A stretch of 64,000 bases of DNA from Octopus vulgaris. Its lineage: Eukaryota. Location of the stretch: NCBI GenBank assembly GCA_951406725.2, contig OX597823.1, positions 15,934,001 to 15,998,000 on the forward strand, given 5' to 3'. Both the position numbers and the translations under genes were made by a program. Under the pieces are notes generated by a model. It searched no databases, was not told the DNA's origin, and saw only the letters and a program-made list of their open reading frames with translations. This document shows, one piece after another, positions 1 through 14,952 of this stretch (its first letter is position 1; each line of letters opens with the position of its first letter).

Positions 1-171
1 AAGGTCGATACAGCTTGGCACCTGTGACGTCGCAACTCATTTCTACAGCTGAGTGAACTGGAGCAACGTGAAATAAAGTGTCTTGCTCAAGAACACAACA
101 CGCAGCCCGGTCCGGGATTCGAGCTCACAATCTCACGATCGTAAGCTCGACGCTCTAACCACTGAGCCATG
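1..171 (-). mobile_element. tRNA-derived SINE, 5' part (runs off the window edge)
   Basis: Minus strand reads TGGCTCAGTGGTTAGAGCG (A box) ... GCTCGAATCCC (B box) followed by a SINE body. Confidence 0.75.
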
Positions 172-1061
<890 letters not shown>

Positions 1062-1064
<3 letters not shown>

Positions 1065-1404
1065 CGGAGATGTACTCGCATAGCAAGTAATTTGATCTGA
1101 GATCGTGTGCTGAAACGAAAACAATTGCAGCGTGGAAGGTGTTTATAAGCCATTTAAGAAACACACAAAAGCCGTTCGATTCACTTCAACATTTAAGTTT
1201 AATTTGTCAAAATATTTTCGTCGCTAAAATCCGCGACCTGTTCACTGACAAAGTCCGTGCTGCATCTAACAGCACGGACTTTGTCGGTGAACAGGTCGCG
1301 ATTTTAGCGACGAAAATATTTTGACAAATTAAACTTAAATGTTGAAGTGAATCGAAGGCTTTTGTGTGTTTCTTAAATGGCTTATAAACACCTTCCACGC
1401 TGCA

Positions 1405-1408
<4 letters not shown>
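1062..1408 (-). mobile_element. Fold-back PLE 3'-end fragment (about 60-nt tail plus about 140-bp inverted arms) in (TA)n
   Basis: Arms 1122-1262 and 1270-1408 are near-perfect reverse complements; same family at 50108-50430. Confidence 0.75.
1203..1252 (-). ncRNA. Hammerhead motif with G3:C8 core variant
   Basis: TTTGTCA GTGAACA G GTCGC GGATTTTA GCGAC GAAA ATAT TT TGACAAA. Mirrored on + at 1280-1328 and repeated at 50302-50352 (+). Confidence 0.65.
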
Positions 1409-1496
<88 letters not shown>

Positions 1497-1503
<7 letters not shown>

Positions 1504-2100
1504 TGTATATAAATATATACATAAATATAGAAATATATATTAATATATATATACATACATATATATATAAATTGAAATAAACCCTGAAGATGTGTTGGAA
1601 TAGTTGCAAATCTAACGATTGCATATATGTATTTATATATATGTATATATGCATATGTATACAGTTGTGCATAGTTATATATATATTGTAATCTTCCAAT
1701 GCTGAAATACGTGTAGTTCCTTCATATTTAATAAATTTAAGTATTAACAAAAGTAGGAGATAATTAATGAAGCATAATATATACCCTGCTGGTAATTGTA
1801 GTTATATCATTTAAGCATAATTTCGTGATGTGCAAACTGATACCACGAGTTTACTTTCAGATATACCCATTAGGCTATTTTTGTACCATCTGAAATAGAA
1901 TACCCTCACATCGATTAATTCCCCCAAATTGAATTAATATTGACTTTTATCACATACTTTGTATATTTATAGATAAATATATAAATATATGATAAATAAG
2001 ACCCCAAGGTACTATATGTAGATGCATATAATGCTGAAGGGTTGTACCTGATTGATTTGGAAATTTGCTTTCTCAAAATATTTAAATTATATTTATGTAT
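1497..2100 (+). mobile_element. PLE pseudo-LTR-like module with long-stem-II hammerhead motif (1580-1718)
   Basis: CTGAAGA T GTGTTGGAA...TTCCAATGC T GAAA TACGTG TA GTT; ends in (TA)n. Near-identical inverted copy at 8001-8580. Confidence 0.6.
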
Positions 2101-2101
2101 G

Positions 2102-2165
<64 letters not shown>

Positions 2166-2189
2166 TATATACATACACACATATATATA

Positions 2190-2585
2190 TCTTTATATAT
2201 AAAAGTCAAGTTGTGTGTCTGTCTCCTACGATTTAGATTCCTAACTACTCCCACATTTTGCGGTGCAGTTTAACCAAAGCCGGGTATCTTATAGTCGTGA
2301 TTCATATCGAGCCCTTCTGGGTATTAGCGCGCGTCTACGATGAGTATACGATTTTTAAAAAAACTTTACCATCATTTTTTCCATTTTAATGCATTTTTTC
2401 GATATTATATAAGGGAAGCAACTCTCTAAAAATGTCTACGATGAGTCAGCGATTTAAAAAAAAAATTACCATCATTTTTTTTCATTTTTAATGCATTTTT
2501 TGCTATCTTTTGGCTATAAATCTCTAAAAATGCTTATATAGTTATTTCCCTGACAAACCCGAGCAACGCCGGGCGATACTGCTAG
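2190..2585 (+). mobile_element. Non-autonomous Helitron
   Basis: 5' TC, 3' GC-rich hairpin followed by CTAG, inserted between A and T, no TSD. Copies at 48219-48614 and 49616-50011. Confidence 0.8.
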
Positions 2586-2613
<28 letters not shown>

Positions 2614-2618
<5 letters not shown>

Positions 2619-5600
2619 ATATTTCGGAATGGTCATATTGCCAGTTTAGCCAATAAAAACACACGCACTATATATTTGGTGTTATTTTGCTTCAGTGATA
2701 TTTATTTTTTACATTAATCTAACGTGAGCCATAGCCAGGCTTGCAAGATGCTGAAGAACACTATATTTTGTTGCCTAAAGAAAACTGTGACAACGCAACA
2801 GCTTCGTTTTATAAAACAATGTGTCTCGTCCAGGATATGTATCAACAAGGTCACAGCCAACGTTAAACGGCTTGACCTCACTAACGGACAAGCGGAAAGA
2901 CTAAAAAGGACGCTAATGGTAAATATTAGAAATAGAATATACAGAGAGCTGAGCGAACAAGAGAAGCGTAAACGTATATTTTTAAAAGAAATTAAAAGTA
3001 TCACCACACGAAAGGAGAAAACCTTACTAACGGATATAATATATGAAGAAAACAGACATGTAATACACCAATGCAATATCCATTTTAAGAGGAAGTTATC
3101 GTGGTTGAAACAGAAACGTCAATATGAGCTCGCAAAGGAAGAAAAGCAGAAGTATCCAGATACAATAAATGGAATTATTATGGAAGATGTGCTACTACCA
3201 GAAGAGTTCAATAAAGACAATGAAGCGAACATCTATGGGGGAGTAACAACGGACCCAGATGAAATATCGATACTTCAACTACCACCAAAGTATGCAGTGT
3301 ATAGTAAGGTGAATACCATCAAATGCCTGTCCGAGATTGAAAAGTCGTTCACAAAAATACGTTGGAATTTAAATAGATACTATGACAACAACACTTGCGA
3401 CAACAACAACAACAACGCGAAAATCACTAACCGCAGCAACAACAACACAAACAATAATGACCGCAGCAATAACAACCGTAGCAACAAAAGCAACACGAAC
3501 CCTAACAGCGGCTACGACAACAACACGAACCCTAACAGCGGCAACAACAACAACAATAGAAAAAATGTATGCATAGACACAAACAATAGATACAAAAACA
3601 AAAACACAAACAGAGAGAAAAATCGTATACAACAGCAACAACAACAACAATTATAGGGAGAACCGACACACAAACACACACACAGATAGCCATAGTCACA
3701 AAGACACGAATAAAAGTTGTGTCATGGGGGTCACGATGGAGAATAAAGTTGAATGCAACAGGATCCTTGGACAGGGAGTCAGCAGACTTGAAACATATAA
3801 CAAAAATAATGGAACAAAAATAATGACCGCAACAGGGGGAATGACAGGGACCAACAGACAGACATAAAACCCAACACTAATATAAACAACACATATACCA
3901 GAAACAGGAACAATGAATATATCACTAGCGATGATAGTAATAATGGCAATGGTAGGAATAAAGGTAATAACAATAATAGTGGTAGTAGTAGTGGTGATGG
4001 TAACAGTAGAAGTAGTAATGAGGATAGTGGTGATAGTTGTGGTGGTAATAGGAATAATGGTAGTAGTGGTAATGGTGATAATAATAATAGGAAGGCTGAT
4101 GTTGGAAACAGTAACGATAATGAAGATAACCCTAGAGAGACCATTGACATGTATACCCATCCCTTTGACACTCAATTCTTCAACGTATGCGACAAAACTT
4201 ACTGCATGAACCGAATTTATCCAACAACATTACCCTTCAACAAAAGAGTATACATCCCAAGACGTACTAATGACCACATGGAAGCACAGTTCACTATAGC
4301 TAGGACCAAACTTAGACAGATTTTAGGACTATACATTAAGAGACAGAGACAGAATAAGACAGATGCCCAACAACTCGGGATTAAACCTGCATGTGGCCTA
4401 CAGAAGCTCATTCAGCGCACGAGGAACGGAGAGGTGATATGCCTTCCCACAGATAATTCCGGCAGGATGTCAATAGACAGCTTACCGAACTACATCCAGG
4501 CAATGCAACCTCATATCGCCAATACAAAAGTAACAACTGTACAGGCGCATGATGAGAGAGAAAAGGTCCTCAATGCCCACATGATGATGTGGACAATTGT
4601 TCTGGGACCCCAGAAACGTACTGCAAAGAATTTCCAAGCCTGGAACAATGATATCCCGGCACTGTATGGACTTCGCAAGGACCATAAAGTTTTTACTGAC
4701 CCTATAGCAGGACCACCAACAAGACCAGTCTGTGGAGCGAATATCGCTAGCAATTACAGAATCTCCTACTTCCTCTCAATGATCATACGCCCTATAATCA
4801 GGATGTCACTTGATGTGTGTGACAGCACAGAAGATCTCCTAAGCAGGATCAGTGACTGTAACAAAACTTGTGACTTGACAGGATGTATAGTAGGTAGCAT
4901 TGATGTGGTATCCCTATACCCATCGATTGACGTAGATTTTGCAGTGGAGAAGTGCGTGGAGATGATCAACGAGAGCCAGGTGGAGTTCTGTAATGTCAAC
5001 ACAGAAGAACTGGGCCTCCTACTTAGACTGACATATAATAATGAATACTTAGTTAAACATAATCTTAGTAGTTTCTGCCCCCAGTAGATGTTTAAGAGGT
5101 AGACCGCCTACAATTACTTCTATGGCTAGGAAGACACATATAGAAAGATGGCGCGGATGGACCAGAGCCATACGGAGCCCCGCAAATGTCCATCAGGTAA
5201 AGAAAATGATCGCACATGCACTAGGAGCTAGTATAAGAGTTACCCTAAAAGGCCACACATTTAAATTTAATAATAAAATATATGCCCAGGACGAGGGGGC
5301 AGCCATCGGTGTTAGTATCGCTGGTGATGTGGCCAACCTCTTCATGGTATGGTGGGACAGAAGGCTTAAAGAATGCCTACTGCAGAAATTCATACTCGTA
5401 AACATGTACTCTCGCTATGTTGATGATATCAACATAGTAGTAAAACACCCCCACAAGAGAGTAATGTTGATATAGTAATAGAAACTAATACTATGGAGAG
5501 CATCCAGCAAATAGCTAACTCCATCCACCAGAGTATTAAGGTCACAATAGACTACCCCACTAAACACCCCAACCATAGACTACCAGTACTAGACACTGAA

Positions 5601-6397
5601 CTCTGGCTAGAAATTGTGAAAAATAAAACCCAAATCCTTCATTCATACTATGCAAAACCTATGGCCTCAAAATACCTGATCCACCGGAACTCAGCCATTG
5701 CGGGCAATGCCAAATTCAATATTTTGATGGCAGACCTCGTCAGAATAATGAGAAATGTGTCACGCATGTGCGAGCCTACAGAATTAAAGAGACACATACA
5801 GTATTTCATTCACCGCATGCAGTTCTCAGGTTACAGCCATAAAGAAAGGATCAGAGTATACAAACTTAAACTAAGAATTAAGGTTGTTGAAAAGCCAGGC
5901 AACCCTATCAGATCTATAATTGGTAGAACCTATCCTTTTAGTAGAACCCTCTGTACGGATAACTATTGCACTGTATGTAGATTTAGCCCACAAACAAACT
6001 GTAAAGCCAGAAATGTAGTCTATAGTATAAGATGTATAGAGGGACGATGCAGTAACAAGACAGTAACATACGTAGGGGAAACAGCAAGAAGCATTGGAGA
6101 GCGGGTGAATGAACATTGGAGGCAACTCAAGGAAGGTAAAAGCTCATCGATTCTGTACCAACACGCCAAACAGGAACACGGGGATCAATCAATAACATAG
6201 AGATTAAGATATTGTCCACACATAGAACAGATGCAACAATTAGACAAATTACAGAAGCTACACATATAATAGAATAGAAAATAAACCTAGCCTGAATAGA
6301 AAACTAGAATGGAGCAATAGCACACACCACAACATATGACGATAGAGGATCCTGAAAACATAATAAATACACAGATAAATAAACAAATAGAAATGAA

Positions 6398-6473
<76 letters not shown>

Positions 6474-7078
6474 GTATATATATGTGTATATATATATATA
6501 TATATATTATATGTGTATATATGTGTGTATATATATATATATATTTTTTTTTATTAGATTTATTATTATTATTACTAATATTGTTGTTATACATACATAC
6601 AAGCATATGTAATGATAATAATGGGTGGATGTAAACACATGAACAAAATTAGAACAAAAGCAACAACAACAAAAACAAAATACAAATTACAAGAATGTAT
6701 ATAAACAGAAGATACAAATATTACAGGCATCCCCCACACACTAAATAAACATAGACGCACATAGAGATATAAGCATGCGCAAATGAAGACACACAATAGA
6801 AATACAAAATGGCTGACGGTTAGTAAGGAGAGACACAAATAAGTGAGAAGAAAACAAAGGACCACTGATGCGGTCACAGGAGTGTGACGAAAGAACTTTG
6901 GCCGAAATAAGATTAAGATTAATGTAAAAAATAAATATCACTGAAGCAAAATAACACCAAATATATAGTGCGTGTGTTTTTATTGGCTAAACTGGCAATA
7001 TGACCATTCCGAAATATAACAATATCTGTTTCAACACACGACTTTACATAAAAAATCTTGCACAACAAATATTTAAAC

Positions 7079-7082
<4 letters not shown>
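2614..7082 (+). mobile_element. Near-full-length Penelope-like element (RT plus C-terminal GIY-YIG endonuclease), disrupted
   Basis: ORF pieces 2724-3656, 4149-5087, 5122-5475, 5493-6200 carry the RT motifs DVVSLYPSI, GAAIG, RYVDD, LPVLD and the GIY-YIG motif NVVYSIRC...YVGETAR..ERVNEH. 2614-2720 is an inverted copy of about 6915-7023; (TA)n on both sides; stops and frameshifts present. Confidence 0.92.
6862..6901 (+). ncRNA. Hammerhead-like motif in the 3' pLTR of the Penelope element (A9 replaced by C)
   Basis: CCA CTGATGC G GTCACA GGAG TGTGAC GAAA GAAC TT TGG. Confidence 0.5.
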
Positions 7083-7143
<61 letters not shown>

Positions 7144-7244
7144 TCAATTTAGGGTAGCAAAAAATTCAGTAGAAATTTATCGCTACCAGCGGTCTAGTGG
7201 GAAAGAGAAAATAGTCAAAGACTAAATATATAAAATTAAACAAT

Positions 7245-8580
<1,336 letters not shown>

Positions 8581-8611
8581 ATATATTTCTATATATATAT
8601 ATGTATATATG

Positions 8612-8763
8612 TGGAGGCGCAATGGCCCAGTGGTTAGGGCAACGGACTCGCGGTCGTAGGATCGTGGTTTCGATTCCCAGACCGGGCGTTGTGAGTGTTT
8701 ATTGAGCGAAAACACCTAAAAGCTCCACGAGGCTCCGGCAGGGGGTAGTAATCCCTGCTGTAC
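8612..8763 (+). mobile_element. tRNA-derived SINE family A, 3'-truncated
   Basis: TGGCCCAGTGGTTAGG A box and GTTTCGATTCCC B box; matches the full copy at 17881. Confidence 0.85.
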
Positions 8764-9287
8764 CGGTAAGTATTGTGGCCGTTATTAAATGTGGTGGCAA
8801 ATGTTTCACAACCAGACGTGTGCCGTTGCACTGTTTAGGTGGAACCAAATTCCTGATGAGCATAATGGGCACACCGACTTTTAACTTCAGGATGTGTGGC
8901 GGCAGGCCCGGCGGTTCAAGTGAATTCAGGATTTCAACAGGATAATAGGTAAACTCGGCGGGGTCTGCTGTCCTATCAATAGATTTGTAGACGTGGACAT
9001 CATCAGGAATAGCTTCAAGTAGCTGGATATTGATGGAGCTGAGAGTTAAAAAGGTCGAGTTGCGCCCCTAGACAGTTTGTGGTTTGTGTTTCTGATTCTC
9101 GACCCCATGTCGAATTTACCGATTTTTTTCAGAACTGGGGGAACTTTTCAAAATTTTCCCTGTGTTAGTTTTGAATTATGACTTTGGGCTATGTGTGTAT
9201 CAAGTTTCATCAGAATCGGTTGAAAGCCGTGGTCAGGGTGAGGGTACAACCTGACAGACATACAGACACACAGACAGACAAACTGCC

Positions 9288-9300
<13 letters not shown>
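8760..9300 (-). mobile_element. Helitron deletion derivative with PIF1-like helicase fragment
   Basis: 8760-9040 (-) translates to INIQLLEAIPDDVHVYKSID...YPVEILNSLEPPGLPPHILKLKVGVPIMLIRNLVPPKQCNGTRLVVKHL...ATILTG (Helitron helicase). 9041-9300 resembles a Helitron 5' end with (GTCT)n. Confidence 0.8.
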
Positions 9301-9334
<34 letters not shown>

Positions 9335-9477
9335 GACTGACAGAGAGAGAAAAAAGGGAGGGGAAGAAGACATATACATATATACACAACGCACACGTAT
9401 ATAAATATATTTATATATATATAGATAATAGATAAATACGCACACACAGACATGTACATATATATATATATATATAT

Positions 9478-9554
9478 AATATGAGAGAATATTATTCCAA
9501 ACTTACAGAGAAAAAAATTCAATTTAGAAATACTAAATGAAATTTCACAAAATA

Positions 9555-9602
<48 letters not shown>

Positions 9603-12245
9603 TAGAAAAAAACACCTTTTATCAATTCAATAATGAAAAAATTAAATTATACTATTTAAGAAAATTACATCTTATATAAAGATTAAATATAAGATAAAAT
9701 ATATACCAATGATTAAGTAATATGCAAAATAATAGATAAAACGTATATATTTGGTAGAATAACTACACTTGTTACGTGGATATATTTAAGAAATGATAAT
9801 GGTAAAATCACTTCAATATGAATATAGTCACACTTCAGGTTAAAGATAAAAACAATAAAATAATTAATTAGATAAATTAATAAATATACGTATATAATAT
9901 TATAAAATACGAAATATCTTAAATATATTCTTGTTTAAATAAAAAATAGAATAAAAAATAAGATATAATTAATTAAAATATTTAAAACAAATATATATAT
10001 ATATGATACAAAATATACATTAAGTGAAAACTAAATACTATAATTTAATCTATATACGTTAAATTAAATTATTAATTAATTTATTTATTTAATAAACATC
10101 TAAATAAAGTCTTATACTCATTAAGTAATTTATATAAAAAAACTTAATGTTAAGTTATAAACATAATTCTAGTACAAGCTATAAATATTAGAATTAAAAT
10201 TAGGAAATGGTTCAAATATATACACACATAATATATAAACTAACTACATTATTAATGTATATGTAGTATCTCTAGATTTAATATTTTACACAATTATATA
10301 GTTGACCAAAATATCAATTAATATTAAACTTATTTACTTAAGTGTAATACTACGTAATAAATAGACCACCTAACTATTAAATAATATATTGTCTTACAAA
10401 ACTATTTTTCAAATTAAATTATATGTAATACGTTAAATCACATTATAAAAATAATAATAAACATAATAAATAAATAGATGTAAGTATCAAAACTAACAAT
10501 TATCATGAAATTATAAATTAATTTTTTAATAACAATAATAATAATAATCAAACTTATTACAATTCAAAAGTTAAATAATATTGTTAAATAAAAAAACGTT
10601 ACATAGCTTGTCGATGAAAATTATATAACTGAATTTTAAACGTAAAAATGTAGGTCTTAGCGTTTATAAGAAATTAAACTCGTGAAGACGTTGTGTAAAA
10701 AATAGAATAAAATTATCAGTTAAAATGACGAAAAATATTTATTAATGGAAAAGACGAAAAATATTTAAGCTTCAAGAATTAAAGAAAAATAAAGAAAAAT
10801 AGAATAGCAAAAGAACTATAAATGACTATTTACTATAAATTAAGTTCCAAATAATTATTACGTAAAATATACTTATGATATTAAATTAATTTATATTACT
10901 ATAACTAATAGGTCTTAATAAAATTATATATAATCATTTATGTATTAAGAAATATCTAAGTTTAAAATTATTCAAATATATTAATATAACATATAATAAT
11001 TATATGTTATACACTAATACAACTAAATTATATTTACAAGAAATAAATAACATAAAAAGGTTTTATACATACGTATCATATAGGTAAAAAAATTTGTTAG
11101 CATTTACTTTTAAATGGCTATTTACTATAAATTTAAAGTCCAAATAATAAATAAGTAAAATATAATATTATATTTAAATTAATTTATATTACTATAATTA
11201 ATATATCTTAATAAATTTATATAATCATTTATTTATTAGCTAAACCTATTATATAGGTATTTTAATTTATGTTTACATTTAATTTTACTTTCCTCTAATG
11301 AATTTAACAACACATAATTGTTATTAAATAATATTTCTTTGAATTCATTATTACACATGAACAAAAACGACTCCCTATACAATATGATTTAGTCCTACAA
11401 ATAATCTCCCAACTTAATTTATATTTAATATATCTAGATTTAAGGTCCCAAATATATTTACTGAGACCTGTTGAATTTATTAGATTTTTATTCCTAAAAG
11501 AATACATATGTTAAGCTACTCTTGATTTAATTTTATTCGAAGTGGACCCTATATAAATAGTGTTTAAATTATGGTAATTCAAATTCTTATAGACTACATT
11601 ATCTAAATTACAATTATTATTAAATTTACATGCGGTCTTATCCCTGCATGTACAATAAATTATATCTTGGTCTTTATTATTATTAGTGGAATCAATATAT
11701 AATCTAACTTTGTAGAATTTATTTAATCTAAATGTACTAAATAAAGAAATAATATTACCAACATTATTAGTAGTTGAATACCCAACTCCAAAATTATCAT
11801 TAGAAAAATGTTATAATATTTTTTATTATCCTAAGTCTAGAATGATTTTACTTAATTTACCTAAATTTGATTTACATGGACAAATTAATCTAAACTTAGG
11901 GTCAGAGTAAAAATTTTCCTTATGGTCTTTCAAAGATTTTCTAGGGTGCATAGGTACATAAGGTTCAGTTTTATTATCTAAATTATATTTCATGATTATT
12001 TATTTAGAGGCTTTATTAATATTATAGAGTGTATTTTCTGGAACAATTCTATATTTTTTATTTTTTATTTTTTACCTATAGTTATTCTACAAAATATATA
12101 CGTTTTATTTATTATTTTGCACATTACTTAATCATTGGTATATGTTTTATCTTATATTTAATCTTTCTATAATATGTAATTTTTCTAAATGGTATAATTT
12201 AATTTTTTCATTATTGAATTGATAAAAGATGGTTTTTTTCTAATA
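9478..12245 (-). mobile_element. Very AT-rich 5'-truncated PLE with GIY-YIG remnant and inverted 5' end
   Basis: About 11300-11670 (-) reads CTCRDKTACKFNNNCNLDNVVYK...IYIGSTSNKIKSR..HMYSF...TGLSKYIWDLK...W. 9601-9750 is inverted at 12095-12245; decayed hammerhead at 9761-9842. Confidence 0.8.
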
Positions 12246-12248
12246 TAT

Positions 12249-13853
12249 GATTGATTGATTGATTGATTCCAGTTTCAGCTTATGAGCTGTGGCCATGCTG
12301 GGGCACCGCCATTTGGTGTTGCTACTTGGTTTCACTTCATGGAGGCTTTCTAGCAACTGCTATTTGGTGCATGAGAGAGTTCGATGCAGCTGCCCTCATC
12401 TGCCCCTCCTGCCGTGAAGTTGGTTCATCTGGGACACCTGACAAGAAGAGATCCAGCTCCATTTTAAAGACATCTGTATCCACCCCATGCAGGTCTCTCA
12501 GGTTCATCGGGAGGATATTGAAGAGCTGTGGGCCTCGGAAGCCCAGGCTATCACAGAATCTTGTCCTACATCTTGATGGCAAGTTTGGAGTCCTAGGCAC
12601 CACGCAGTGGCGCCCAGTTCTGGCGTTTGCGTAACTCTCGATGCCAAAGTTCAGGACACTTCCCTCCAGGATCTTCCAGATGTATATTATGGCATATCTT
12701 TCCCGCCTACGCTCCAGGGAATATAATTTTAATCTCTTGAGTCTTTCCCAGTAGCTTACATTCTGCATAGAGGCTATCTTCTTCGTGTAGCTTCTTTGGA
12801 TCGCCTCAAGTTCTGTGATCAACTTGACACTGGATGGTGACCATAGCTGAGAGCAATAGTCAAGTGTCTTCCAGAGGACCATCATGGTTTCTTGTTCTCT
12901 TGTTCTAAAGGTTCTAAGAATCCATCCAGCCAGCCGTCTGCATTTCATTGTCAGTTTAGCAACATGTACATGAAAGGTCGCGTCATCACTCATGTGAATA
13001 CCCAGGTCACGCACTGATTGCAATCCCTCCGGGTCCAGTGTATTCATTGGGTATTGCATTCAGTTTTGCATGCTGATAGTATAAAGCTTGAAACTTTTCA
13101 GCATTGAACTGCATGCTATTCTTTTCAGCCCACTTGTATATTTCGTCCAGCTCATATTGCAGGTGCTTAGTGTCTTCAGGGTTCTGTATTGCCTGTGAAA
13201 CTTTTGTATCATCTGCATAACTTGTGATCGTGGCTCTCCGCGTGGCTGAGGGCATGTCTGAGAGGGCCATTATGAACAGTAGTGGTCCCAAAACAGTGCC
13301 CTGTGGAACACCGCTCACTATTTGCGTGCTAATGGAAGTGGCCCCATTGGCTACTACCACCTGACTTCTATTCTTCAGAAAGTCGTGAAGCCATTCTCCT
13401 AGTTTTCCAACTATGCCAAGATCACGCAGTTTGTGACATATCATTCCATGATCGACTTTATCGAAGGCCTTTGCGAAGTCGAGATATATGACTTCCACAT
13501 TTGAGTGGTTGAGCAGTTGTTTCAGCACCCAGTCATAGTGCTGCAGGAGCTGAGTTAAGCAGCTTCTTCCTGGTCGGAAACCATGTTGGGTGTCAGGCAG
13601 CAAGTCATTTTCTTCAAGGAAGGTGATTAGTTTCCTTCTGACTATTCGTTCCATGACCTTGCTGATGTGTGAGGTCAGAGAGATAGGTCTGTAGTTCTTG
13701 GCCTCCGCTCTGCTACCTCCTTTATGAATAGGGCATATTTTACCTTCCTTCAGTTTTCTTGGAAGTTTGCCAGCTGCAAGGAAGCTCTGAAAGAGGAACT
13801 GCAGTGGTCTTGCTAAGACTCTCTTACATACTTTTAGGAGGATTGCCGGGAAT

Positions 13854-13855
<2 letters not shown>
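12249..13855 (-). mobile_element. 5'-truncated LINE (CR1/L2-like RT and 3' end) with (AATC)n tail
   Basis: RT motifs NYRPISLTS, QHGFRPGRSC, YLDFAKAFDKV, GVPQGTVLGP, YADD; C-terminus LYSLERRRER. Frameshift near 13050; 5' end abuts (TA)n. Confidence 0.92.
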
Positions 13856-13943
<88 letters not shown>

Positions 13944-14202
13944 GTGTGTATATATATATACACACACACCCATGCACATATACATATATAGGTGTGCGTA
14001 TACATACATGTGTATGTGTGTGTGTCTGGTGATCGGTTACATGAAACTCTAAGTAACCGTTTCGAAATCCTTTCATCTTCAATAAAATACTGTTTTACCC
14101 TATCTTAGTATTTTGAGTGCTATTTTCTCCCCCGTGCTTTGCACCTACGTACTCACATGTGTTTATACATACACCTCTCTCTCACTCTCCCTCTACCTGT
14201 CT

Positions 14203-14276
<74 letters not shown>

Positions 14277-14659
14277 TCCACACACGCCAGCTTAATTTAA
14301 TTTGTCCTTAGTCGAAAGACACCTGTTGTTATGTCCTGTTATTATTAATTTTATTGTATTTGTGTAACATTTTCCGTTTTTTCCGTCCTTGTTTTTGTAT
14401 ACATTCGCTGCTTTTTTCCAAGGAATCTAATGCTCTTAATTTAGTTTTTCCTTGCGGCTGGCCAGATTGGAGCAATCTCAAGTATAATCAGCCGAAATTG
14501 CGAAGTTAATCTGGTGATTGACTGAGGTAGAAAACTTCGAATGACCCGTCCTTGTTTGTTTTCTTTGTATCGTCTATCTGGATGCTTTGATGTCCCATTT
14601 TTGTATCACCTAGCTGTCCGGATGTTTTGCGTTCTTGTTCCCTTTTGTATTTTATATAT

Positions 14660-14694
<35 letters not shown>

Positions 14695-14699
14695 ATATA

Positions 14700-14853
<154 letters not shown>

Positions 14854-14858
14854 TATAC

Positions 14859-14952
<94 letters not shown>

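Noticed and set aside
2724-6200. Selenoprotein (Naiad-type) recoding of the Penelope ORF
   Set aside because: The endonuclease is C-terminal, the ORF breaks are TAG stops and frameshifts rather than in-frame TGA, and no SECIS was recognised.
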